Shown here one piece after another: positions 44,641 to 54,532 of a DNA stretch of 61,091 nt (position 1 is its first letter; the number at the start of each line of letters is the position of its first letter). The translations under genes were made by a program, and so were the position numbers. Source of the stretch: a virus. Taxonomy: Duplodnaviria; Caudoviricetes. The notes under the pieces were generated by a model, which saw only the letters and a program-made list of their open reading frames with translations, did not search any database and was not told the DNA's origin. The stretch covers positions 1 through 61,091 of the IMG/VR virus record IMGVR_UViG_3300021335_000017; one strand, given 5' to 3'.

Positions 44641-44918
44641 CTGACCAACAAGTTACAAAAAGACTAGATCGTTTAGAGACAAAGATTGACAAAATCACTG
44701 ATGTTTTGACGAGCCTAGCACGCGTCGAAGAGCAGATTGTTGGACAGAATGCACGGCTAAAAAGACACGAATGGCGCCTAGATGAGAACGAAAAGAAGAT
44801 TGAAGAAACTGTTGAAGTCGTTGCAAAAAATGCAGCTACTGCAAAAACCGCAGAAAAAATCTTTTTCTCCATATGGGCGGCGCTAGTTGGCTATGTTACT
44901 TGGTTGTTTAGAGGGTAG
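44637..44918 (+). CDS. Coiled-coil protein with C-terminal TM (lysis module)
   Basis: RLDRLETKIDKI...LARVEE; hydrophobic C-terminus. Confidence 0.65.
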   Translation: MTDQQVTKRLDRLETKIDKITDVLTSLARVEEQIVGQNARLKRHEWRLDENEKKIEETVEVVAKNAATAKTAEKIFFSIWAALVGYVTWLFRG

Positions 44919-44920
44919 AC

Positions 44921-45268
44921 ATGTTTAAGTATTTTAAGATAGAAGATTTCGACTGCCAAGAGACTGGCAATAATAAGATGGTGGAGGAGTTCATTCACAG
45001 GTTAGATGAGCTTCGAGAAGCGTGTGGCTTCCCCTTCATTGTTACGAGTGGTTACAGAGATCCAGAGGGCCACCCAATAGAGAAACGAAAAGCGAGACCT
45101 GGCACTCACGCACGGGGTATCGCCGCTGACATACGCGTTTCTGGTGGGGCGCAACGTAGGAAAGTTGTTGAAAAAGCGATAGAACTTGGCTTTAACGGTA
45201 TTGGCGTAGCTAAAACGTTTGTACATGTAGATATAAGACAAACTGCTCCTGTTATGTGGAGCTACTAG
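44921..45268 (+). CDS. Peptidase M15A endolysin
   Basis: TSGYR, H..GIAADI and FVHVD motifs. Confidence 0.9.
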   Translation: MFKYFKIEDFDCQETGNNKMVEEFIHRLDELREACGFPFIVTSGYRDPEGHPIEKRKARPGTHARGIAADIRVSGGAQRRKVVEKAIELGFNGIGVAKTFVHVDIRQTAPVMWSY

Positions 45269-45282
45269 TATAGGTATTTATT

Positions 45283-45660
45283 ATGGCTTATTCTGAAACA
45301 GTAAGTATGGTAACCGGCGACACATTGCCGGAGCTTAATTTTTCTTTGAAGGACAGTTCATCAGCGGCCCCCGGGAAGCGGCTAGACGAATATGACTCAA
45401 ACACATGGGCGCCATTGGACGTTTCCGATACTAATATTGTACTTCGCATAAGAAAAGTAGGCTCGTCAACAATTGCTAAAACTATAAATTGCACGTTGAC
45501 CGATGCAGACAATGGTAAGATTAAAGCTAGTTTTTTAGGTAACTCTTTCTCTGAGCCCGGAACTTTTGAAGGTGAGTTGGAAATAACATTTCCAAATGAC
45601 GCTGGCGTCCAAACTGTTCAAGACCTGATAAAAATTAAAGTGCGTAGTGATTTTGATTAA
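45283..45660 (+). CDS. BppU-N-like tail protein
   Basis: GDTLP...G.FEGELEITF...QTV. Confidence 0.65.
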   Translation: MAYSETVSMVTGDTLPELNFSLKDSSSAAPGKRLDEYDSNTWAPLDVSDTNIVLRIRKVGSSTIAKTINCTLTDADNGKIKASFLGNSFSEPGTFEGELEITFPNDAGVQTVQDLIKIKVRSDFD

Positions 45661-48600
45661 TGATCTACCGTTCCGTTCTCGGACCTCATCAGCAACCTAG
45701 AGCGTTACTAGATAATGTAAAACACGCACGCCTAGGCGATGTCACAACAACAGTCCGCAGTGGCGGCGGATTCGCCCAAAACCAAATAATTACTTTAGAG
45801 CCTATCGTTCCACACGGCGGCTCAATGCCGTTTGCGGTAGATGTAACTTACGCAACTAATAACAATGACTCTACAACAGAAGGTATCTCTTTTGGGGTTC
45901 ATTATGACTCATCTAAAATAACTCTAGTAAGTGTTGTAAATAGGCTATCCGCGAATCTTACAGAAGTTATTACTGCTGATGACGTTGAAGACTTAGATAG
46001 TGATTACGATACAGACAAAGTTATAAAATTAACTTGGGTTGATGAAGATGAAAATTGGCCGGGGGTTAGCGAAGCGCGCCTTTGTACGCTAATGTTTAGG
46101 GGCTCAGATGACCTAACAACTCACGCAACCACAGTGGTTAATGTAACTCCCTTTGAATCAGCAGTTGGTTATGGTTTTCAAGCCGACAGCGTCCCAATGG
46201 TACTTAGATACGGAAGCTGGGATACCGACGCTGATGGCAACTTTGATGCCCTTTCTGATGCCCTTGTTTTTCTTAGGTTTACGTTTGGGATAACGGATGC
46301 TGATTTTTTAACGCAGGGGTCAATTAGCGCGAGCAGTCCTTTGACTGCCCTACAGGTCGCAGAAAATGCGCGCTTTATAAATAGATCTATAGGGGACATT
46401 GACGGTGACGGAGTAACGGATGCTTTAACTGACGGTATTATGCTCCTAAGATACGCGTTTGATATGCGCGGCGAAGCACTTATTGAAGGTGGTATTGCGG
46501 ACGGTGCTACTCGAACTACCCCTGAAGAAATTATTGCTTATATTGAAAAGTATATAAGCACGCAGCCTTTAGAATTACCAGCGCTACCGACAGTAGATAA
46601 TGACGATACAAGCACCCAGGGTCCTGACGAACAGTTAGGCTTGAGAGCAGTATTGCAGAAATCTAACCTAAAAGCCGTTAATGACGGGGTGAAAAACCCT
46701 GCAATAGCCTCAGCTAAGATACAAAACCCTTCAGCGGCTCTAACAAAATCAATCCTAAAAGCAGCTAGCAAAAGGACACAGGTTGCTGCAAAAGCAAGTT
46801 CAAAACAATATCAAGCAGCAGTATCTTATTCGAAGATAGCTGCCTCTTTCTTTGCGCCAGATTGGTTAGGCTGGCAGCGCATAGGCGAGACTGTAGGCTT
46901 TACCGATGCAGCAGCTAAAGCTATTAACAAACTTTTAAGTGATAGCGCCTCTTTAATTGATGATGTAACTACATCAACTGAGTACCATAGAGCTGCTTTA
47001 TCGCCGGCGCAAGCTAGTGAAACTTTTAGATTTGCCGCAAGTTATAGAAGAGAGTTACTAGATCAATTTAGGCTAGACTCATTTGTTTCAACGGCGTTTT
47101 TTGACGCAAAAGATAAATCCAATTTAGCTCAGCTTTCAGATGTAGCAAGTATAGTAGCTGCATTTAAGAGACAATTTTCTGAAGACGTTACATTTACGTC
47201 TGCGATGTCCCTCAAAGCAGCAAAACCTTTTTCTGAAGGGCTTGAATTTGAAGACACCTTTTCTAGAACAGTTGATTTTATCAGGCAAAATGTTGAAAGT
47301 TTTACTTACTCAGACGCCATTACGATGGCAATTACTAAACAAGAAACAGAGGGTATGTCAATTTCTGATACGCCCGGGTTCTCAGTAGCTTCGCCTAGAG
47401 CCGACGCTGCTTTTGTAAGCGAAACTATAAGACTATCGAAAGGGTTTGGCAGAGCTTTTTCTGACTCAATTAAGTTAGATGATACCGCAAAAGTGGCTGA
47501 CCAAAATGCCTTCAGGAGAGATAACTTAGCAAGCTTTTCAGATGAGGTCAGTTTGCTATTCAATGCAGAAAGAGCAATAGAAGACCCCATTTCGTTTGAG
47601 CAAAGTATAAACATGGCTTTGAGCAAGCCTGTAGAGTCTAGCGTAGGTTTCACAGAAGAAGTATCCTTCTTTACCCCCTACGCACGAGCGTTTGAAAACG
47701 CATTCGCCGTGTCTGACAGTAGCAATATAAAGGTTTCAAAATCAGATAGTGATAGCTTGCAGATAAGCGACGGCAGTTCTTTTTTATTTTCTAAGGCAGT
47801 AACAGATATAAGTAATGCTTCAGAAATATTGAGGACGCAAGCAAAATACGTAAGGATTTTTGATAGTTCACTTAGCTTAACTGACATCTTTAACTCGTCA
47901 GAAGGTAATGTAAACGGCGCAAGCGACTTAACAACATTTAATGACAGTTTTGGTAGGGCTTGGAGCGCGACAAGAAGCTTTAGTAGTTCTACAACCTTAA
48001 GCGAAGACTTTTCAATAAACTACGGAAAAAATGTTTTCGAGGCGTTATCAATTGAAGACACGCAGCTAATTTCTGTAGGATTTGGTCGCAAAATAATCGA
48101 TAGTACGTCATTAGATGATGCCGTAAGTAAAACAATTAAGACACTTAAAAAAGACGAAGTAGCATTCAATGAACAGTTTGTTAAAGCGATACAGTCTACC
48201 AAAGTTGACGAAGTAGGACCGTCTGAACTTATACGTACACAGGCTGGTTATAAACGCAGACTTGCCGATATAGTTTCTATAACCGACAGTCTTAGACACT
48301 CAGAAGGTAACGCAGAAACCAATACAAGTACCGCTGCTTTAAACGATGTGTTTAGTACGGTCTCTAATACAAAGCGCGCATTTGTTAACACTGCCGCAAC
48401 GTCCGATGTTTTAGCTATATCTTTCGGGAAAAAAGCGGATAGTGAGACAGTTTCCCTTTCAGATGCAGTAGACACAATTACTGAATACATCCGTAAACCT
48501 GATGAAATAGTCACATTAGATGATCCTATATCTATAGGTATAGCCAAGCCAAAAGCAGAAACCCTTTTATTAAGTGATAGCAATTCTATTTCAGCGACTA

Positions 48601-50858
48601 AAAGTTTAGTCGACACACTTGGGTCATCAGTAATTTTTAGGGCCTCAGCTAAATATAACAGATTCTTTTCAGAGACGTTTACACTAGACGATTTTGTAAA
48701 AACAGCTGAGGGCAACTACTTTGATAAAGATAATATAGCGTTTTTTAGTGACAATGTTGGGTTGCAAGCAGCTTTTAAAAGAGCAATTACGTCCCCAGTA
48801 TCCTTTGCGTCAACGACTTTTTTATCGATTGCTAAACAAATAAAAGAAGACCTAGCCTTATTAGATTCTGTACAGACAAAAATGGCCTTTAAAAGCGCCC
48901 ACGGCGATAGCGTAGGGTATCTGGATAGCATAACTAAAAAGCTTAAATCACAAAAAATTGACATTGTATCTATAAGTACAAATGCAGCTTTAGATACAAC
49001 TAAAACCCTTTTGAGTCCAGCTTCTGCGACGGAAATTCTTAGAACAGCTGTACAATATGCACGGGTTTTAAACGATGCGTTTACTCTGCAAGATTCAGCT
49101 AAAGTAGCAGAAGATAACGCTCTTGGCGATACTGACTCTACGGCAATCAGCGATACTATTTCTTTTGCCGCCAACACATATAGAACCTTTACAGAAGCTA
49201 GTTCCTTTACCTCTAGAGTATCGTTTAAGCCCGGTAAATCTCCTGATATAGAAGCTATATCTCTATCAGATACGCCTGTAACTAAAACACAGTACAAGCG
49301 GGCACAAAACGATGCTGTTAACTACGCAGACATAGTAAATAAAACAATAGGGAAAGGGGCTAATGATCCTCTAGCTTTAAGCGATAGCAGTCTAATTTCT
49401 GTTAGGAAAGAAGTAATAAGCAGTTCGAGTGCTAGTGAGACTGTTGATACTTTTGCTAGGTACCGGCGAGTCTTTGTAGATCCTATAGCCATATCAGATA
49501 TTTTTGCAAGGGTGGAAGACAACTTCTTACCGCCACAGAATAAGGTCACTTTTGCAGATACAGTAGAAACTAACAGCGTGTTTAAACGCGTGTTCCAAGA
49601 CGGTATAAGTATAGAGTCTTTTGTGTCAAAAGCAGCAACCTCATCTTTAACAACAGAAAATGCGGCACTTACAGACAGCGTCATATTGGCTAGCGGTATT
49701 CGAAGATCGGCCGACACTGACGAGATATCTTTTGCAGATGACGCATATTTAGGCTTTGGTAAAAATAATACTGAAGCTATGTCTTTTGGAGATCAGTTTT
49801 TAAAGTCAATAAAGCCTTCAAAACAAAGTACTGCACAAACATATGAGGTAATAAGAACTGCAAGTAAATATCGTAGATTTTTGAACGACAGTTTCGGCCT
49901 AAGTGTTAGTACTAAAGTTGCTGAGCAAAATAAAGACGGTAGTGCAGATATAACTACAGTTAATGATGCCGCTAGTCTTTCATTTACAGCGAAACGCGAA
50001 TTTGGTGAACGCCTGTCGATAGCTGATAACTTTACTAATCGTTACATCAAGGAAACATCAGATTCTTATGTAATTTCCGATGAGTTATTAAAAACTAATT
50101 TAGATAATTTTGATAACTATACAAATGGATTAGGGGTAGCGGACACTTCTTTTATTAACTTAAATAAACTTTTAATAGACTCGTTTGCTCTAGCTGATTC
50201 ATCAGTATTAACCTACAAAAAACAGGAGCCGGATTCTTTTGGAGCCAGCGAAACTATAGCTCGTCAAGCTAGTTATAAAAGGGTTCTTTCTGACGGTTTT
50301 CACCTGGACTCTATAGTAACAACTGCTTTTGATACACATGGCGTTAAAACTAACAGGACCTTCATAACAGATGCTACTTCTTTACAAGTGGATTTTTATC
50401 GATCTCAGGACGATAACATATCCTTTAGCTCTTCTATGAAAGTGGGTATGACAAAATCTGTTAGTAATGTAGTGGGCATCACAGATGATCCTACAGTCTC
50501 TTTACAAGCAAAACACAATGCCGGCCTTGACAGTTTTGGCTTTACTGAAGCTTTTACTAAGAAAATATCAAAAACAATTAACGAGAATGTGGCAATTGTC
50601 GATAGGCCTATAGTAGGCGGCGGCACCAATCCTGTAGATGAGTTTTCGGCAAGTGAAGCATTTGCGGCCAAATTTAGCTTTGACAAACGTCCTACACAAG
50701 AAGCAGTTGACTTCTCTGAAGATATTAGTAAACTAATTAAAATTAGTCCAGCTAATAATATTATCGGGCTTACTGATACTGTAACAATCAGCTTAACGAC
50801 TGCAGCTCCGTTAGGCGTAATAAATTCAGTCGCTATAAACACGACAGCGATTAACTAG
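45660..50858 (+). CDS. Giant repetitive tail-module protein with cohesin-like and dockerin-like N-terminal domains
   Basis: GISFGVHYDSSKI; DTDADGNFDALSD and DIDGDGVTDALTDG; long S/D/F/T-rich repeat region. Confidence 0.75.
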   Translation: MIYRSVLGPHQQPRALLDNVKHARLGDVTTTVRSGGGFAQNQIITLEPIVPHGGSMPFAVDVTYATNNNDSTTEGISFGVHYDSSKITLVSVVNRLSANLTEVITADDVEDLDSDYDTDKVIKLTWVDEDENWPGVSEARLCTLMFRGSDDLTTHATTVVNVTPFESAVGYGFQADSVPMVLRYGSWDTDADGNFDALSDALVFLRFTFGITDADFLTQGSISASSPLTALQVAENARFINRSIGDIDGDGVTDALTDGIMLLRYAFDMRGEALIEGGIADGATRTTPEEIIAYIEKYISTQPLELPALPTVDNDDTSTQGPDEQLGLRAVLQKSNLKAVNDGVKNPAIASAKIQNPSAALTKSILKAASKRTQVAAKASSKQYQAAVSYSKIAASFFAPDWLGWQRIGETVGFTDAAAKAINKLLSDSASLIDDVTTSTEYHRAALSPAQASETFRFAASYRRELLDQFRLDSFVSTAFFDAKDKSNLAQLSDVASIVAAFKRQFSEDVTFTSAMSLKAAKPFSEGLEFEDTFSRTVDFIRQNVESFTYSDAITMAITKQETEGMSISDTPGFSVASPRADAAFVSETIRLSKGFGRAFSDSIKLDDTAKVADQNAFRRDNLASFSDEVSLLFNAERAIEDPISFEQSINMALSKPVESSVGFTEEVSFFTPYARAFENAFAVSDSSNIKVSKSDSDSLQISDGSSFLFSKAVTDISNASEILRTQAKYVRIFDSSLSLTDIFNSSEGNVNGASDLTTFNDSFGRAWSATRSFSSSTTLSEDFSINYGKNVFEALSIEDTQLISVGFGRKIIDSTSLDDAVSKTIKTLKKDEVAFNEQFVKAIQSTKVDEVGPSELIRTQAGYKRRLADIVSITDSLRHSEGNAETNTSTAALNDVFSTVSNTKRAFVNTAATSDVLAISFGKKADSETVSLSDAVDTITEYIRKPDEIVTLDDPISIGIAKPKAETLLLSDSNSISATKSLVDTLGSSVIFRASAKYNRFFSETFTLDDFVKTAEGNYFDKDNIAFFSDNVGLQAAFKRAITSPVSFASTTFLSIAKQIKEDLALLDSVQTKMAFKSAHGDSVGYLDSITKKLKSQKIDIVSISTNAALDTTKTLLSPASATEILRTAVQYARVLNDAFTLQDSAKVAEDNALGDTDSTAISDTISFAANTYRTFTEASSFTSRVSFKPGKSPDIEAISLSDTPVTKTQYKRAQNDAVNYADIVNKTIGKGANDPLALSDSSLISVRKEVISSSSASETVDTFARYRRVFVDPIAISDIFARVEDNFLPPQNKVTFADTVETNSVFKRVFQDGISIESFVSKAATSSLTTENAALTDSVILASGIRRSADTDEISFADDAYLGFGKNNTEAMSFGDQFLKSIKPSKQSTAQTYEVIRTASKYRRFLNDSFGLSVSTKVAEQNKDGSADITTVNDAASLSFTAKREFGERLSIADNFTNRYIKETSDSYVISDELLKTNLDNFDNYTNGLGVADTSFINLNKLLIDSFALADSSVLTYKKQEPDSFGASETIARQASYKRVLSDGFHLDSIVTTAFDTHGVKTNRTFITDATSLQVDFYRSQDDNISFSSSMKVGMTKSVSNVVGITDDPTVSLQAKHNAGLDSFGFTEAFTKKISKTINENVAIVDRPIVGGGTNPVDEFSASEAFAAKFSFDKRPTQEAVDFSEDISKLIKISPANNIIGLTDTVTISLTTAAPLGVINSVAINTTAIN

Positions 50859-50884
50859 CTAGTATATATTTTTGGAGACTCCAA

Positions 50885-51367
50885 ATGATCAAAGAAACAT
50901 TTAAGCTAAAAGGTAGCTTACTTATTAAGAAAAACGGCAAAGTGGAGCGAGAAATCCCGAACGCCGTTGTAGCAGTAGGTAGGGATTGGGTTATTAAACG
51001 TATGCAACAGGACCACGCCAGTGGTAACTATAAGGCTATGACTCATATGGCTGTTGGCTACAAAGATTGGACTGGTATTAATGCAGTTCCTGACAACGAA
51101 GCTCAACTTGCATCTGAGCAAGGTCGCGTAGCTTTTACTACCAGCGGTAACTCTATTACTACGCCAACAAATGACTCATCAAGATTAATACTTCAGTTTG
51201 TTGCTAACTTCCCAGCCGGAACTGCGACAACGCAGCTTACAGAAGCAGGCGTTTTTAACAGTGCTACATCTGGTCAGGGCACTATGCTTTGTCGTACTAA
51301 GTTTGATGTAATTAACAAGGGTGCCGACGATACTCTTGAGATTACTTGGAAAATAGAAGTATCTTAA
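50885..51367 (+). CDS. Tail structural protein
   Basis: THMAVG...EQGR...TEAGVFN...MLCRT.F.VINKG..D.L.ITW. Confidence 0.7.
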   Translation: MIKETFKLKGSLLIKKNGKVEREIPNAVVAVGRDWVIKRMQQDHASGNYKAMTHMAVGYKDWTGINAVPDNEAQLASEQGRVAFTTSGNSITTPTNDSSRLILQFVANFPAGTATTQLTEAGVFNSATSGQGTMLCRTKFDVINKGADDTLEITWKIEVS

Positions 51368-51379
51368 TTTAACTTGCAA

Positions 51380-51396
51380 TATTAGCAGGGCTAATT
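51380..51396. promoter_or_regulatory. 17-bp palindromic operator
   Basis: TATTAG-caggg-CTAATT, directly before ATG 51397; TTGCAA upstream. Confidence 0.75.
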
Positions 51397-52692
51397 ATGA
51401 GTGAGTTTGAAGATAAGCTAAACGTAGAGGGTTTTGTCACCGTTGTAAAAAACGGTGAACAAATCCTGTCGCAAAAAAATCTTATTACTGATGCGGGTAA
51501 AGATTGGATTATCCATCGTCTAAGGGGCGGCGGAGTTAAGTCAAGGGCTGATACATCAGCTTACGCGCTTGCAATTCTTAAGTACAAAGCGGGGGTAACT
51601 GATACCCATCCGTCCGAAAGGATAGAGGATTTTACATATCATTATACCCCGCAAAACTTCCCAAGCCCCTCTGCCGAACTAACCTATCACGGTGCGGAGT
51701 ATACAAACATTGAGAGGGTTGTTCTAGGTACGGGTACTACTGAGCCCGCAGCTTCAGATACTTTTGTAGAGACTGAAGCTACGTGGAACTCTTATATTGA
51801 CCTTCATCACGGTTGGGCTAGTAACGCTACTTTGCGGTCAGATTTGCCTTCTGCAAACACTTTTGCGCGCATATCTAACATTGGATCTACTCAGATAAAC
51901 GAGGAGTTAGGTGTCCCGTTTTACGGGTTTAAGCATAGGGAGCCCGATACTTATTACAGAATCAGTAAGTATACTGGCCCAACAACCCAAGCTAATGACT
52001 ATCAACCGATTGCACCAAGCGACCAAATTCTTAGGTTTCACTTCGACTTTACAAGTGCTGCGCACAGCCTGATATTCCCATACGTTGTTTACAAGAACGA
52101 TGAAAGTAGTGAACTCGATGCGCGGAGAGACGTAGGTTTTTCCAACGTAGCGGTTACTGGAGAAGGAGACAATGCTACTTACTCAGAAAAAAGCGCTAGT
52201 CCTATTTTCGGAGATATGCCTTACTTAACAATAAAATCAGGCATTGACACTGTTACACAGATAGAACACATAAAAGTATTGTATGTGCAGGGTACTGGTG
52301 CAAGACCAAGGTATATGGTTTGTTTGAGAGGTCAGCTTGGGACTAGTGCAAAGAGTTGGTCTACTATACAAAGGCCATATATCGACGTTTACGAAAATGA
52401 TGGAGGGTTATTTGACGCTCCTGTTGCGCCGCAAGAGTTAGTACATAAATTTGTTTACTCAAGATCGCAAACTGTTTCAGAAAACGTTTCTGTACCTGAT
52501 AATGACGCCCCAATTACAGAGGCCGCTTTGTGTTTTCAGAAAAGGGTAAAAACCGGCCCCGACTGGACTAACCCCCAAGACGATCCTACTGTTCAATCAT
52601 GGCAAGCATTTTCTAGAGTCAAGTTTGCTCAGCCTTGGACGAGAACTAACCTTGACGATATAGAAATATACTGGACTATACGGATATCGTAG
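51397..52692 (+). CDS. Tail protein, paralog of 50885-51367 with large insertions
   Basis: Shared KNG...N.....G.DW.I.R, LG.GT, ITEA and R..F...D.IEI.W.I.IS elements. Confidence 0.65.
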   Translation: MSEFEDKLNVEGFVTVVKNGEQILSQKNLITDAGKDWIIHRLRGGGVKSRADTSAYALAILKYKAGVTDTHPSERIEDFTYHYTPQNFPSPSAELTYHGAEYTNIERVVLGTGTTEPAASDTFVETEATWNSYIDLHHGWASNATLRSDLPSANTFARISNIGSTQINEELGVPFYGFKHREPDTYYRISKYTGPTTQANDYQPIAPSDQILRFHFDFTSAAHSLIFPYVVYKNDESSELDARRDVGFSNVAVTGEGDNATYSEKSASPIFGDMPYLTIKSGIDTVTQIEHIKVLYVQGTGARPRYMVCLRGQLGTSAKSWSTIQRPYIDVYENDGGLFDAPVAPQELVHKFVYSRSQTVSENVSVPDNDAPITEAALCFQKRVKTGPDWTNPQDDPTVQSWQAFSRVKFAQPWTRTNLDDIEIYWTIRIS

Positions 52693-52702
52693 GGGGGTTA
52701 AA

Positions 52703-54163
52703 ATGCCAGTAGGCGTAAGGCAGCACTTCGCTAACAATGCATCAGGTAGCTTACTTGAATCTATAGATGACTCGCAAAACACGTTTAAAACATCTATAAG
52801 TGATGCTACTGCTTTTCCTGATATTGATGCTGGTGAATACTTCTACGTTACCCTAGATAATGGGACAACAAACGAAGTTGTCAGAGTTACCCAAAAACTT
52901 GATAGTTTTGCAGCTGCTCCAGCAGGCACTCAAAATTTCTGTAATACAGCTGTTTATCACGTAAACAACAGTAATGAAACTAACTCGAAAATATTTTTAA
53001 CGGTTAAGCACAAATCTTCTCTTTCTGTAGAAGTTATAATTGAGTCCGGCACCAATGACGGTATAGACGATGTATTAATAGAGTTGCACGGCGGGTCTGG
53101 TGTTAGCACGTCGATTACAAATGGCGTCGCTACTTCTACAATTAGCTATTCATCAAGTCACCCAAGCAGTAAACAGATGAACATCCTGTGGAGTAAGGTT
53201 AATATGCCTGGGATGTGGATGTCGTCAGGCATAACATACAACTTAGATAACACGTGTCTACCTACAGCTGTTGTTTACTCCTGCACAAGGGACATTGACA
53301 ATACAGGTTCGTCAGCCTTTAGTGCCGGAGATACTGTAGAGCTGCGCGTAACTAACAAGACCCTGTTTGATTTATCAAGACCACAAGTTCTACATAGAAA
53401 CCATTATCTATTTGACCAAAAATATAGTTTTGGTTACTCAGCTGTTTCTAACAGACTTGAAGGTGGTGACTTACATTACACCGCGATGTCGGGTGAATAT
53501 AGCCTGACGTTTGGCACTAGTTTAGGCGATGGCACAACATTACCTTACAACAAAAGTAATGGGGCTGTTGTTTTTGGTAAAGGATGTATAAATCACGGAC
53601 ATGCAGAAGGCGGCGTTACTACTGGCATCCGATCAATGGTAGGCGTCAATGGCGCTGGTCAAGAAGCAACAGCTGCAGTTGCAATGGGTTATTTTTGTAA
53701 TGCCTATAGACTTGGTTCGGTCGCTATGGGGACAAGTAGTCAATGTTTCGGCACAGCTTCCTTGGCTGTAGGGAACGGCGCAGTCGCAAGTGACCAGTGG
53801 GCAAATATAGCACTAGGCGAGGGCGTTGTAACTCCCGTCGTTGATCAAGGTAATGGCAATTATCAAACGTTTGCAGGCTGTACAGCTGTAGGGCGGTGGA
53901 ACAAGTTTGACGACGGTAAGCAGTACGTTTTTAGCGTCGGCGTTGGTGAAAATAATGACAACAGATTTAACGGTTTTTATATTCGACAAACTACAACAAA
54001 CTGGTCTACCGGCACTGGTGCCATGCTTGGCCCTAGCGGAGTTGGGTTTCCCACACTGGGTAAATCAAGCAGATATCTTAGTGACAGCGGTGCTGGAACT
54101 TACGGCGTTTTGTCTGGCGAGCTGTGGGTAGATACTAGTGGTTATGTGCGAATTAAGTCATAG
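52703..54163 (+). CDS. Tail fibre/adhesin with YadA-head-like repeats
   Basis: FANNA, YFYVTL...EVVRVT and GDTVELRVT anchor motifs; AVAMG, SVAMG, SLAVG and NIALG repeats. Confidence 0.7.
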   Translation: MPVGVRQHFANNASGSLLESIDDSQNTFKTSISDATAFPDIDAGEYFYVTLDNGTTNEVVRVTQKLDSFAAAPAGTQNFCNTAVYHVNNSNETNSKIFLTVKHKSSLSVEVIIESGTNDGIDDVLIELHGGSGVSTSITNGVATSTISYSSSHPSSKQMNILWSKVNMPGMWMSSGITYNLDNTCLPTAVVYSCTRDIDNTGSSAFSAGDTVELRVTNKTLFDLSRPQVLHRNHYLFDQKYSFGYSAVSNRLEGGDLHYTAMSGEYSLTFGTSLGDGTTLPYNKSNGAVVFGKGCINHGHAEGGVTTGIRSMVGVNGAGQEATAAVAMGYFCNAYRLGSVAMGTSSQCFGTASLAVGNGAVASDQWANIALGEGVVTPVVDQGNGNYQTFAGCTAVGRWNKFDDGKQYVFSVGVGENNDNRFNGFYIRQTTTNWSTGTGAMLGPSGVGFPTLGKSSRYLSDSGAGTYGVLSGELWVDTSGYVRIKS

Positions 54164-54173
54164 AGGGTAAGAA

Positions 54174-54518
54174 ATGGCTATTTTATGGAATGTACCTGAC
54201 GTGCTTACTAACCCAGATGGGGGTGTTGTTGAAGTCCATTACAGTATTTCTGACGGGTTAGCGATGTGTGACGGCAAATTAACATTTACTCCGGACTCTA
54301 CATCCGAAAGTTATGTTGATTTTGCAGAGTTGACAAAAGAGCAAGTTGTAAATTGGGTAAAAAATACTCTGACTCAAGAGCAAATAGACGCGTATGAAGC
54401 GTCTATCGCAGAGCAATTAGCTAGGGTAGACACTAATACATACCCCACAGCTCCGTGGGTTCAAGACGCAGTTGCCTTAAATAAGGCTATGGCGGGGATT
54501 ACTGACACAGAAGACTAG
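54174..54518 (+). CDS. Tail-fibre-associated protein
   Basis: YVDFAELTKEQVVNWVK motif. Confidence 0.65.
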   Translation: MAILWNVPDVLTNPDGGVVEVHYSISDGLAMCDGKLTFTPDSTSESYVDFAELTKEQVVNWVKNTLTQEQIDAYEASIAEQLARVDTNTYPTAPWVQDAVALNKAMAGITDTED

Positions 54519-54532
54519 AAGGAGTCTAAAAA

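Noticed and set aside
28608-50842. Many minus-strand ORFs opposite structural genes (e.g. 40264-41130, 48716-49297), and plus-strand ORFs opposite early genes
   Set aside because: Antisense shadows of long real genes, with no motifs or RBS support.
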